Shown in pieces: positions 9,087-18,639 of a stretch of 64,000 bases of DNA (positions are counted from its first letter, which is position 1; each line of letters begins with the position of its first letter). The DNA is from an uncultured Phycisphaerales bacterium (GTDB taxonomy: Bacteria > Planctomycetota > Phycisphaerae > Tepidisphaerales > Tepidisphaeraceae). The notes below the pieces were generated by a model that saw nothing but the letters and a program-made list of their open reading frames with translations, did not search any database and had not been told where the DNA came from. Both the position numbers and the translations under genes were made by a program. Location: contig CAVWVQ010000003.1 in the NCBI GenBank assembly GCA_963758525.1, positions 1,920,001 through 1,984,000 on the forward strand. Direction: 5' to 3'.

Positions 9087-9652
9087 GACGACAGCTCTTC
9101 ACCATCCTGTCGGCACTATCGCTGTTGCTCGGCGTGATGATGCTTACCGTCATGTTTCTGTGCGGTTGGCCGGAAGGTCGCTGCCATTTCCTGGGAGATC
9201 GCGGCTGGCATCACCAGTGGTTCATCGAAACCGACTACGATGGAGTCTGGCTATGCCGATGGCCGACGTATCTGTTCAACATCGGTGCAATAACATGGAT
9301 TCTGGTTTTTGCCGCGATCCCGAGCCTCGGCGCGTGGACGTGGGGCATGCGATCGCCGCGTCAAAGGCCGTTGCGGGTCCAGCACCGGCCAACGCATCTC
9401 GCCGAACTCGAACTGCCAGGCCGCGTTCTTTTCTACTGCACATCCGTCGCGATCATCTTGTTTCTGATCTCTGAACCGGCAACCATCTTACTCTTTTCGA
9501 TTGTCACACTTGTGGTCGCGGGTCTTTTGACGATTCCACGACGCATGGAGGAGAGGCGACAACGGACGCTTGAGTCGGGTTACTGTCCGACTTGCGGCTA
9601 CGACCTCCGCGCGAGTCCCGATCGATGCCCGGAGTGCGGGAAGCTCCTGTGA
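9083..9652 (+). CDS. Multi-TM membrane protein with C-terminal Zn ribbon
   Basis: ATGA overlap with the previous gene; '[16 protein letters not shown]' ... '[19 protein letters not shown]'. Confidence 0.8.
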   Translation: MRRQLFTILSALSLLLGVMMLTVMFLCGWPEGRCHFLGDRGWHHQWFIETDYDGVWLCRWPTYLFNIGAITWILVFAAIPSLGAWTWGMRSPRQRPLRVQHRPTHLAELELPGRVLFYCTSVAIILFLISEPATILLFSIVTLVVAGLLTIPRRMEERRQRTLESGYCPTCGYDLRASPDRCPECGKLL

Positions 9653-9737
9653 CGCCAGAGGGAATCATCATCCGACAAACCCGCACGCTCGACCTCCGTC
9701 GGGCTTCGAGCTCCTAGGGCTGCGGCTGCGACATCGT

Positions 9738-9859
9738 CCCCGTGGCACGGGCATCTTGCCCATGCGAGCGGCACGGTGGGAAAAGAAACGAGGCAGTTCG
9801 TAAGATTCCGATATTCATTACTTCTGATGCACTTTACACGGGCAGGATGCCCGTGCCAC
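9738..9859. repeat. REPIN family A, copy 3
   Basis: GTGGCACGGGCATCTTGCCCATG ... CACGGGCAGGATGCCCGTGCCAC; spacer similar to copy 2. Confidence 0.9.
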
Positions 9860-9924
9860 AGCGACGCATCTCGCATGGAGGCACACCCGCGCCGAAACTA
9901 GAGAACGCCTCGCTATCAGCCGGA

Positions 9925-9961
9925 CCCGGGGCCGCGGAGGCATGTACCGCCGCGACCCCGG
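9925..9961 (-). terminator. GC-rich hairpin after capsid/cement genes (terminator or mRNA stabiliser)
   Basis: ccggggccgcggagg / ccgccgcgaccccgg stem about 20 nt past the stop; no clear U-tract. Confidence 0.35.
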
Positions 9962-9980
9962 TGGCCGATGAGGGCGCGGC

Positions 9981-10412
9981 TTAGACCGCCAGCACTCCCG
10001 CAAGATTCCGGGAGGCGGCGTTGTACGGCATCTGCTCCGCGCGGAAGAGCTTGAACTTGGCGGCGAGGAAAGCGCCGGCGGTTCCGTTCCCAACGGTAAT
10101 CGCCGGCCGGAGATAGCGCTTGCGGCTGCGGAGATCGATGTCCCATGCCCACAGCGTGTTGCTGTTGGACGATGACGGCAGCGTGCCGCTGACCGAGAAA
10201 TCGCCGCCGGCGACATCCGTCCATGTGCTGTTATCGTCGCTCTCCTGGAGCTTAAAGGTGGTCAGCCCCACGTCGGTGGCGCCCAGTGTGACTTCGAGCG
10301 TCGCATAATCGAAATTCCTCCGGTCGACGCTCGTGACCGTGAAGGAAGCGTTGTTGAGACGGGCCTGCGGAAAAATGCAGGCCACGTCCTTGCTGGTGGT
10401 TGCGGTAATCAT
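9981..10412 (-). CDS. Capsid cement/decoration protein (Bbp16-like)
   Basis: 143 aa beta-rich, directly after the capsid; 'FKLQESDDNSTWTDV', 'KRYLRP'. Confidence 0.65.
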   Translation of the reverse strand: MITATTSKDVACIFPQARLNNASFTVTSVDRRNFDYATLEVTLGATDVGLTTFKLQESDDNSTWTDVAGGDFSVSGTLPSSSNSNTLWAWDIDLRSRKRYLRPAITVGNGTAGAFLAAKFKLFRAEQMPYNAASRNLAGVLAV

Positions 10413-10416
10413 GTAG

Positions 10417-10537
10417 GTACCACGGGTTTCTAACCCGTGTCTTTCTTTTGAGAAGTAAGAGAATCAGAGCGGCGCTTTTTGCATGCAACGCCGCTCTGAC
10501 TCCCGCGTCGCCGGCACGGGTTGGAAACCCGTGTTAC
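10417..10537. repeat. REPIN family B between capsid and cement genes
   Basis: gtaccacgggtttctaacccgtg ... cacgggttggaaacccgtgttac. Confidence 0.85.
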
Positions 10538-11975
10538 GAGGCGGCGGTGACCAGGCCCACAATCGGCCCGGCAACGTTGCCAGCCGAAGCGCTCTTGGGA
10601 GTTCCCTGGCCGGCGATTGAATCGCCGACGTCGTGCACCACGATGTCGAAGCGCTCCGTCCCGCGGATGACGATCTCGTCCTGCTCGAAGGCGTTCAGCG
10701 CGTGTTCGCTCATCTGAATCGTCGTCAGGCGACGATCGCCAAGACTCGCGGCCATGCGCAGGTTGCCGAAGAGGCATGCGACCTGATTGACGGCCGAGGT
10801 CTTGGGCATCACCTGCGAGACGATCACGGGGTATCCCAGGAACGTCTTGACCAGCGCGCCGTTTTCAATCTCGGCGATGCGATTGCCGCCCGCCGCGGTG
10901 GCGAGCTTCTGCATCACCGAACCCCAGAAAAACTTGGAGCAGTACCAACTGGTCTCTCCGGGGACGTCGGCGTATTCCGGCAGAGAGCCGACCACGCGGT
11001 TGAAATCCGACAGCGCGATCGACCCATAGCCGCTGCCATACCCGGTGCCGCTGGCGGTGATGAGGCCGCTGACATTGGCGGGCGTGCCGGGAAACACATT
11101 GAGCAGCGCGTTGGTGACGCCGACGATGCCTCCATACGTGCTGGTGCCGTCGCCGGTGAAGCCGCACTGATCTTCCTTGAGCGCAAACGCATAGGCGATT
11201 TCGCCGGCCAGGTCGTCGCCGATGTTCAGCACGGCGTCTTCATTCAGCTCGTTGCTGTACTTGGTCAGAACCATCAGCTTCTTGGCCGTCATCCGCACGC
11301 GGTCCCAGGTCTTGTCCGCGAGCGTGGCCGCGGTGCTTTCGCCGACGAAGTAGGCGGTCACGCCGTTGACTCGGCGCGGATCGGAGCGGGTGTCGGAAGC
11401 CATCGGGACGATCTTCGCGTTCTGGCGAAACACGCCAAACTTCTCGCGCAGATCGATCAGGTCGTTCTGGAACTCATCGGGCACCAGGAAACCGCTGCTG
11501 GTGTTGACGTTCTCCCGCTGGGTCTTGGCGTGCACGTCATCGACGAGCGGAATTCCCTGCTTCTGACAGAAATCGACAGCGGTCTTCTTGCCGTAGACCC
11601 CCAGGCAAAACATTCCAAACCGATAGGCGCGCTCGTCGGCGTTCTTCCCCGTGAAATTGCGCAGCGAACTGTACCGCTTGGCCGTCGCCGGCACTTCAAA
11701 CGCCGGCGAGTCAGGATCGCTCGCCTGCGGAATCCCCGTACGCCGCGCCGGCGAAGATCCTTGCGCAGCTCCGCGAAACCCTCGGCCACTGCGCTCTGGA
11801 CGAACTGCGAGAGCGTCCCCTTCAGCTCTGTTGCCGCCGCGGCGATCTCCGCCGGCGCTTCGGCTTGCGAGGCCACCTCGGCATCGATGAGCGCATTGCC
11901 GGCGTCCTCTTCAATCTGCACGATCTCCCCGGCAGGATGCCCCTTCACGGCTTTCAAATACTTGATCCACATCAT
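10534..11975 (-). CDS. HK97-fold major capsid protein (apparent 1-nt frameshift near 11755)
   Basis: 'SSGFLVPDEFQNDLIDL', 'AYFVGES', 'AKKLMVLTKYSNELNED', 'TFLGYPVIVS', 'LFGNL', 'IRGTERFD'. The N-terminus MMWIKY... with GGAG RBS lies in the adjacent frame. Confidence 0.92.
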
Positions 11976-12060
11976 GGTTGTCTCCAATGCAGTCGGCGAA
12001 CGATCGCCAACTGCGGGTTGCAGGTTTTCGCAGCACCGCTTTCAGACAATGCCGCATTCA

Positions 12061-12124
12061 GTAGGGCGGGATTCATCCCGCCGTCATTTCGCTCCGCGGG
12101 ACGGCGGGATGAATCCCGCCCTAC
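12061..12124. repeat. GTAG-type REPIN family C
   Basis: GTAGGGCGGGATTCATCCCGCC ... GGCGGGATGAATCCCGCCCTAC; identical arms at 29033-29100. Confidence 0.9.
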
Positions 12125-12269
12125 TGACATTGCGCAGACAGGACTGCGCTCCGTAGGTTTTGGACGAATCGGCTGCCTGGCATCTCCAGATGACCCAGGC
12201 CTGAATGCTCCAGCCCGATGCGATCGAGCCTGCATTCCCCGGCGAGTCTTCCTGACGCCGCCAACAGCC

Positions 12270-13146
12270 TTAGCAGACGCGGCCCGTTGCCGCGCAAAAC
12301 ACATCTCTGATTTGCTGACGAACCTGCTGCGCAACCTCCGGCTGAAGGCGCGCCAGTTGACGCTCCAATGCCGTGCGCAGCGTGGCGGAGCGAACAAATG
12401 CTCCGCTCTCTTCTTCGATGATCTCTTGAGGAGTGACTTCCCCTTGCGCCGGCGGTTGCGGGCTCTTCTGCACCGCCGACATCTCCAAAAGCAACGTCGC
12501 CAGTGGCTCGTCGATCAGACCGATCTCGCGGCCCTTCGCAACCGCCTGCATCTGCGCTTCGGGATTGCACGGCACCGGAGCGACCGCATATTCCAGCCCC
12601 GCCGCCTTGTCGATGATCGGGACGCCTGCCAGTTCCGGCCGGCGTTGCCGCTCCTCGGCCGTCGCTTCGCGAATGCTCAATGGGAGGAAGCCGATGCTTT
12701 TCCCCGTGCACGTCGCCACCGGCTGCTGCATCAAATGCAGCACCGCGGACGGAAGCCACGGCGCGCCCTCACCCCAATCGGCGGGCCTGGGGGGATAGTG
12801 CGTCTTGGCAATCAGCCCGTTGCCTCGGCTGCGCATCCACCAGTTGCTTCCCACTGGAAGCTGGTCGTAGCGATGGGCAAAGGTCACCACGCGGTTGTAA
12901 CCCGACCAGTCGATGCCGCCGGGCAGCACGACTTCTCCGTCGTGGTCGAGCGCGTCGGTGGTGATCACGCTCACGTCGGTCCGCTCGCCGGGATCGAGGC
13001 GAAACTCGTCGCTCTTGCGCAATCCGCCGATAGACGAAATCCTTCGGCAGATTGCCGGCCAATTCTTCGATGCGCCGGGCAGTGCCCTCAGGCATCTGAT
13101 GGCCGCCAGGGCCTTCAACGATCGGACCGTTCATCTTGTGTTTCAT
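12270..13146 (-). CDS. HK97-type prohead protease (apparent frameshift near 13022)
   Basis: 'TTDALDHDGEVVLPGG', 'FAHRYDQLPVG', 'KSIGF', 'LEYAVAPVPCNPEA'; lies between portal and capsid. Confidence 0.85.
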
Positions 13147-13188
13147 GCCAATCTCTCTGATAGACAAAAGCGATAAAAGTCATCCCTC

Positions 13189-13269
13189 CGCGCCGAGTCT
13201 GAGGTACTCCGAAGGCTCGGATTTCTGCGCGCGATCCGAGCCTTCGGAGTACCTCAGACTCGGCGCGGG
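13189..13269. repeat. Long palindromic repeat, family E
   Basis: cgcgccgagtctgaggtactccgaaggctcgga / tccgagccttcggagtacctcagactcggcgcg; second copy at 21788-21868. Confidence 0.85.
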
Positions 13270-13287
13270 GTGGACGAATACGGGCTT

Positions 13288-14679
13288 TTACTCGGGCACG
13301 AGTGGCTTGCCCGCGCCATCGACGGCCACCATATCGGCCGGCGCCAGCGGCTGATCTCCCCACGGCACCGGGCTCAAACCGAGGCTGGCGCGAATTTCGT
13401 TGCGCGTCAGCGCGCCGCTCGCGGCCGCAGCGCGGGATTGCTCGAAGAGAAATGCTTCATCCTCGCGCACCGGGCTGTCGTAGGCGACGAACAGCCGGCC
13501 GCTCGGATCGAACATCGGCAGCAGCCGGGCGTTGAGCGTCTCCTCGTTCCGCAGGCATCTCGGAATGCCGGCATCTTTCGAGTGCGCGTAGTCCGCGGTG
13601 CGCGCCGCCGCGAGATTGGCGGCGTTGCGCTCGAGCTTCGCGTCGGGAACTCCAAAGACGTTGCAGATGTCCGTTTTGATCGAGCGGGCGCGCTCGATCT
13701 CGACGATGTCCTGCGGCGCCCACTGCAGCGGCTGCAGGGTTCCGGGAAATTCGCTGACCAGCAGCCCCCCGCGTCCCGCCTGTGAGAAGGAGGCCTTGAA
13801 CGCGCTTCGCACCCGCTGCGCCTCGGCCGATCCGATGCCGCCTCCTTCACTGTCCCCTTTTGGCGACCAGACCACGTCGGGCCGGCCCATGTTGTCCAGC
13901 ATCGCGTTGATGTGCGCGTCCTCCTTGCGGGTGATGCGGATCTTTTCGATCGACGCCATCAGCGGCGAGTATCCGCCGTAATAGGGATGGTCGGGATCGG
14001 GAAAGTGAAACTTGATCACATCGCCCGGCTGGTACCGTGCGCCAGTGCCTCCGCCATATTCGTACGCGAGAAGCAGGCGTTGCCCGGATGGGTCGCCGAT
14101 CTCGCGGACCAGGTGCGGGCGCAGGAGCCAGAGTTGCCTGGGAACGCCCAGTCCGTCCCGCTCGATCAGCCAATACGCCCGGCCGACTGACTCCAGATAG
14201 AGCTGAGTCATCCACCGCAGATCAAATCCGCACAGCCCGCCGATGTCGGGATCGGGATTGGGCCGTTTGAGCAACTCCAGCAGCGGATGATCGGTGACCT
14301 CTTCAACCAGCGTGTCGCCCGCGACGTAGTGCGCCACTCCCGGATCGTCCTTGAGGCGCTGCAGCGTTTTGCGATTGAGCGCCACCGGACGGAGATATTC
14401 CTTGGCCGTCGGTTCGCCGGGACGCGTGCGGACATACAGCCGCAGCCGCGTTGACGCGACCATGTCCGCGTTCAGCGTGGCACACGCATACGCGGTACCG
14501 ATCAGTTGCTGAACCAGCTCGCGCGGCAGCGGCGCGCGGTTCTTGCGGAACGCATCCGTGTACTGCGCGCCCAGCGGCAGCAGATCAAACCACGACTCCG
14601 CCCCGCCCGTCGGCGGCGCCTTTACGTACGTCCCATCCCCCAGCGGAGCAAGCGTCAGACTATAAATCGGTTCAAACAT
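13288..14679 (-). CDS. Phage portal protein (HK97 family)
   Basis: 'LLELLKRPNP', 'YLESVGRAYWLIERDGLGVPRQLWLLRP', 'DVIKFHFPDP...GYSPL', 'DICNVFGVP', 'LTRNEIRASLGLSP'. Confidence 0.92.
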   Translation of the reverse strand: MFEPIYSLTLAPLGDGTYVKAPPTGGAESWFDLLPLGAQYTDAFRKNRAPLPRELVQQLIGTAYACATLNADMVASTRLRLYVRTRPGEPTAKEYLRPVALNRKTLQRLKDDPGVAHYVAGDTLVEEVTDHPLLELLKRPNPDPDIGGLCGFDLRWMTQLYLESVGRAYWLIERDGLGVPRQLWLLRPHLVREIGDPSGQRLLLAYEYGGGTGARYQPGDVIKFHFPDPDHPYYGGYSPLMASIEKIRITRKEDAHINAMLDNMGRPDVVWSPKGDSEGGGIGSAEAQRVRSAFKASFSQAGRGGLLVSEFPGTLQPLQWAPQDIVEIERARSIKTDICNVFGVPDAKLERNAANLAAARTADYAHSKDAGIPRCLRNEETLNARLLPMFDPSGRLFVAYDSPVREDEAFLFEQSRAAAASGALTRNEIRASLGLSPVPWGDQPLAPADMVAVDGAGKPLVPE

Positions 14680-14697
14680 AGTGGTCTATGAACCTTT

Positions 14698-14823
14698 CCC
14701 GTGGCACGGGCGTCCCGCCCGCGTTAGCGACGTGGTGGGAGAGGCAGCCTGGAATTCCGCATCGCCAAATCTGAGTGCATCTACTTCTGATGCACCCAAC
14801 ACGGGCGGGACGCCCGTGCCACG
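14698..14823. repeat. REPIN family A, copy 4
   Basis: GTGGCACGGGCGTCCCGCCCG ... TACTTCTGATGCAC ... CACGGGCGGGACGCCCGTGCCAC. Confidence 0.85.
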
Positions 14824-14834
14824 CGGAACGGGAC

Positions 14835-16394
14835 TCAAGTTTCAGAGCTTGACGCCGCGGATACATCCATTCGCTGCACTTCCATCGCGGCATACGCCAG
14901 CGCGTCCACCTGATCCGCGTATTGCCCGCGGGGGAACAGCAGCAGCTCCTGCTCGAGTGCGAAGAGAAATGCCGCTTCGCGCGGGAAGTAAATCTGTCCA
15001 TTGGCCATTCGGATCTCGGCGGTTTCGCTGCGGGCGGCTTTGCTTCCCCTGGCCTTGATCGGCTTCACCGTCACACCGCTTCGCTTCAGCGTCTGCACGA
15101 TTCCCAGGCCGATGCCGTCCTTCTCCACGGCGATGAAGTCAACATGGAACTCCTTGAAAAGCCTGATCGCGGTCTCTGCCGCCGTGGGTGTCTGCACCTG
15201 CCCGCGAAACTGATGGACCAGAACCAGTTCATTTTCCGGAGTGACGTCCCACACCTGGATGACTGTGTAACAAGGCCGGCTGTCGCCGCCCGCTTCCGCC
15301 CCGGCCGGGTCCATCACGGCAAACCGCCGGCATGCGTCCGCGGCCACTCGCCGGGTCTTTCCCTCGGGCATGCACAGTTCGTAAGAAATTACAATCTCAT
15401 TGGCGGCAACCTTGCGATAGTAGCGAAACCATTCAGAGCGAAACCGCCCGCCTCCCGCCGGCGTCGGGCGCTGCTGAAACTGCCCGCAATAACCCTCCGG
15501 CCCCAGCCGCAGTTTCGTGTCCGCGATCTGCGCCGGCCCGACGCGGGCCGGCCAGAGCAGTTCGCCGTCGCTTGCCCGCGGGTCGGTCCAGCCGATCGAC
15601 GTAACGCAACGCCGATCGCTTTCAAACTCGGCCGGCAGCAGAAGATGCTCATAGCCGCCCTGCTTGAGCACGTGCCCGCTCAAGTCGGCCTCGTGCAGGC
15701 GCTGCATGACGATCACGCGGGCGCCGGTTCGCGGGTCGTTGAGGCGGGTGCTCATCGTCTGATCCCACCAGATCAGCGCCGCCTCGCGGGCGGCGTTGCT
15801 CTCCCGCTGATTGATGCGATGCGGATCGTCAACGATGACGCGATCGCCCCCTTCTCCGGTCGCGGCGCCTCCAACGCTCGTGGCGATGCGATGCCCGCCG
15901 CAATCATTTTCAAACCGTCCTTTCGCATGCTGGTCTTTCCTGATCTGAAAGCGATCCTGCCAGCGATGTTGAAACCAGGGCGATTGAATCAATCGGCGGC
16001 ACTTGAGCGAATCGCGAACCGACAGCGACAGCGCGTAAGCGCTGAACAGCCAGCGCCGATGCGGATGCGCAATCCATTCCCACACCGGCCAGAAGACGCA
16101 GATCGACAGGCTTTTGCAGTGACGCGGGGGAAGATTGACCAACAGGTTGCGAATCTGCCCGCGCGTCACGCCCTCAAGATGCTCGGCGATCGCGTCGAGG
16201 TGCCAGCCGGGAACGAAATCCGTCGCCGGTTCGAGAACATGCCACGCCTGGCGAATGAAGACCGAGAGCGACTTCTCCGCCCGCGCGGTCAGTTCCGCAC
16301 TGATTCTCCGGCGATCTTGGGGGCTACAGCATCTCTTGCTCTGATCGGATTCTTCGGCTGCGGACCCGGGAACTCGCTGCTGAGGAGGCTCCAT
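14835..16394 (-). CDS. Terminase large subunit
   Basis: Walker A 'NLPPRHCKS', Walker B 'GEGGDRVIVDDPH', 'VMQRLHEADLSG', nuclease 'MDPA...FPRGQYADQVDALAYA'. Confidence 0.93.
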   Translation of the reverse strand: MEPPQQRVPGSAAEESDQSKRCCSPQDRRRISAELTARAEKSLSVFIRQAWHVLEPATDFVPGWHLDAIAEHLEGVTRGQIRNLLVNLPPRHCKSLSICVFWPVWEWIAHPHRRWLFSAYALSLSVRDSLKCRRLIQSPWFQHRWQDRFQIRKDQHAKGRFENDCGGHRIATSVGGAATGEGGDRVIVDDPHRINQRESNAAREAALIWWDQTMSTRLNDPRTGARVIVMQRLHEADLSGHVLKQGGYEHLLLPAEFESDRRCVTSIGWTDPRASDGELLWPARVGPAQIADTKLRLGPEGYCGQFQQRPTPAGGGRFRSEWFRYYRKVAANEIVISYELCMPEGKTRRVAADACRRFAVMDPAGAEAGGDSRPCYTVIQVWDVTPENELVLVHQFRGQVQTPTAAETAIRLFKEFHVDFIAVEKDGIGLGIVQTLKRSGVTVKPIKARGSKAARSETAEIRMANGQIYFPREAAFLFALEQELLLFPRGQYADQVDALAYAAMEVQRMDVSAASSSET

Positions 16395-17530
16395 TCATTT
16401 CACGATCGCAACCGCTCCAAACGCGATAGCTTCCTTTAGCCGCGGCGGCCCTACATACTCGAATCCCGCGGTGATCCGCGCAGAACCGGCAGTGCGTCGC
16501 ATCCCTGGCGTGCGACTGGTTCTGCCAAGGCTCGCGGCGATCCCCGGGCCGCGGCGCATGCGCCACAACGGCGATCGCATTCTGTGGGCGATCATTCCGG
16601 GATGCGACGTGGTGCTGAAATAGGGCCGGCCGGTCGCGACGTAGAGACTGGCGACAAATTCGCTCATCGCGTTGCCGATCCCAATGCCCTGGAAATCGGG
16701 GAGACAGACGGTGCGATGCTCGCGCCACCCCGGGCGAATCGCATGCGGATGGGCCAGCACCGCGGTAAACACCGCCGGACGCCCCTGGACGGATCCGACG
16801 TAACAAGCAGCCGACCGGTGCAGATTGCCGCTTAGATAATGATGATGCTTGAAGATCGGCCAGAGTGATTGGTCCGTCCGACCGCAGCACAATTCGATGC
16901 GCGGCCGCCGAAGCCGCCCCCTTGCGAGCGTCCGGCTCGCCATGTCCAGCACCCAATTTGGCTCCAGCCAATCGACGACATCATGGTGACAAGTCACCGC
17001 GACGAGCCGCCTGGCGATACCGAGCGCCGGCCGAAAGCGAATCGCTTTTGACGTCGCGGCAGAAGCGATCTTCGCAACCGTCCGATCCACAACGCTGCTG
17101 AACTCGTCGAACACCACCAGCGGGCCGCCGAGCAGAAGCGCCGCGCCAATTCGCAGCGGAACTTCTCGCCGTTACTCAGCACCGCATGCGGCTTGAGCCA
17201 CGCCGGCGCGCTGCTGAGGCCGACGGCAGTCAGGACACGCGTGATGAGTTTGATCGGCAGCGTGCCGAAACAGTCGATCACCGCGCAATCGGTCGGCCAT
17301 GCTGCCGGCTGATAGAGACTCTCGCCGAACGCCGCGCGTGCGATTGTGCTCTTGCCAGCCCCCGAAGGGCCCACGATCACGCCGATATCCCAAGCCTCAT
17401 CGAGCCCCGGCACCTCCGCGGAGAATTGCTCGCAGGCGCGCTGCTCCACCGGCACGTCGAATAATCCCGCGACCTGCCGTACGCGAAAGCTGTCGTACAC
17501 CGGACATTCGACTGTGAGATTGAGTTGCAT
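16395..17530 (-). CDS. ABC-type ATPase fused to GNAT (Mom-like) acetyltransferase; 1-nt frameshift near 17143
   Basis: 'GPSGAGKS', 'LSNGEKFR', 'VFDEFSSVVDR', 'VTCHHDV', then 'FKHHHYL...HRTVCLPDFQGIGIG'. Adding one G restores ELARALLLGGPLVVFDEF. Confidence 0.8.
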
Positions 17531-17542
17531 GTACGTGGCACG

Positions 17543-17665
17543 CGTGGCACGGGCGTCCCGCCCGTGTCAGTTGGGTTGAAATTACGAGCAACTGGTGGTT
17601 TCGGGGAAACTGAATTCTCTTGACTCTGATGTCGTCCGCATGGGCGGCGGGACGCCCATGCCACG
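17543..17665. repeat. REPIN family A, copy 5
   Basis: GTGGCACGGGCGTCCCGCCCGTG ... CATGGGCGGCGGGACGCCCATGCCAC. Confidence 0.8.
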
Positions 17666-17669
17666 AATA

Positions 17670-18194
17670 TCAGCCCACCAGAAGGCGGCAGGCCAAGCCT
17701 TCGGTTGTCAGGCGTTCGTACAGCTTCTGCTGTTCGTCTTCGCTGCCGCATTCGACGACGATCTGAAACTGCGCGGTCCACTCCTGCTCCGTGGCCGCGG
17801 GGGCGGGCGCGGGAGATTCGCCGTTCAACTTCTCGATCTCCTTTGGCGTGAATCCGACGTCGCCCAGTTCTGCGTGCTCGAGCAATTGCGCCAGTGTTCG
17901 ATCGTCCCATTCCGCCAGCTCCGCGGTGCGGTTGTCGGCGATGGCGAACGCGGTCGCCTCCACCGATGCGAGGGAGGTCTGCACGACGCTGACGTGCGTC
18001 CAACCGAGTTCCCGGGCTGCCAGCAGTGTCCCATTTCCTGCCCGGACGACGTTCGCCGCGTCCACGACGATCGGCTTTTGCTGGCCGAAACGGGCGAGCG
18101 AGCTCTTGATCGCCTCGACGTTGCGACGCGGATGGCGGCGTGCGTTCGCGGGATCGGCAGAAAGCCGTTCGATCTCGACAAGTTCGATTTGCAT
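17670..18194 (-). CDS. Phage-type ParB/Srx N-terminal domain protein
   Basis: 'DPANARRHP', 'SLARFGQQKPIVVD', 'AGNGTLLAARELG', 'AFAIADNRTAELAEWD'. Confidence 0.85.
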   Translation of the reverse strand: MQIELVEIERLSADPANARRHPRRNVEAIKSSLARFGQQKPIVVDAANVVRAGNGTLLAARELGWTHVSVVQTSLASVEATAFAIADNRTAELAEWDDRTLAQLLEHAELGDVGFTPKEIEKLNGESPAPAPAATEQEWTAQFQIVVECGSEDEQQKLYERLTTEGLACRLLVG

Positions 18195-18215
18195 GCGGAG
18201 GAGCGTTCCAGTCGT

Positions 18216-18509
18216 TCAAATGCGTGCGACGATTCCGTGATCGATGGTCGCCGTGCTGTCGCTCTTGGCAGTGACCTGGAGAATGGAGTTGGTTCCGAGC
18301 CGGAAGTAAAGCGGCGGATCGCCGGGCGCGATGCCGACGAACTCCGTCGGAGCGTGCAATCCGCCGACGTTGACCAGCACATTTCCTGCGCTGGAGGCGC
18401 GATTTTTGACCATGTAGGTAGTGCAAGCCCCGCCATCGCCGCCGCCGGCGGCGTTGAAGAGAACGGTCGGCGTGGTCGTGAGAGAAACTCCGTTGCCCGC
18501 GGTGGCCAT
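18216..18509 (-). CDS. Small beta-rich protein, possible head spike/decoration protein
   Basis: GGAG RBS then 'MATAGNGVSLTTTPTVLF...'; the upstream part of the listed ORF runs through a palindromic repeat. Confidence 0.55.
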   Translation of the reverse strand: MATAGNGVSLTTTPTVLFNAAGGGDGGACTTYMVKNRASSAGNVLVNVGGLHAPTEFVGIAPGDPPLYFRLGTNSILQVTAKSDSTATIDHGIVARI

Positions 18510-18639
18510 GTGAGCTCCGATCGGATTGGAAACAGGAACCGGCATCCTCATAGGTTCGCGAAAATGCGAATACGCGCTCCGCTCCGCGTCGCGACTAACC
18601 TTGGGGGAAGTGAAAGAACCCCCGCACACGAGCGTCTTT

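Noticed and set aside
8135..9640. Similar 3' ends of the three Zn-ribbon genes as a DGR template/variable repeat pair
   Set aside because: Differences are not confined to adenines, all copies are coding, and there is no reverse transcriptase in the window.
11740..11770. Programmed ribosomal frameshift in the capsid gene
   Set aside because: No slippery heptamer; one missing T in a short run explains it, and similar indels occur throughout the window.
10534..11975. Encapsulin nanocompartment
   Set aside because: The capsid gene sits with portal, terminase, protease and neck genes, so it belongs to a DNA-packaging head.
3500..17665. Recurrent repeats as a CRISPR array or integron attC cassette array
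   Set aside because: Units are kilobases apart, are inverted REP doublets rather than direct repeats with uniform spacers, and no cas or integron integrase gene is present.
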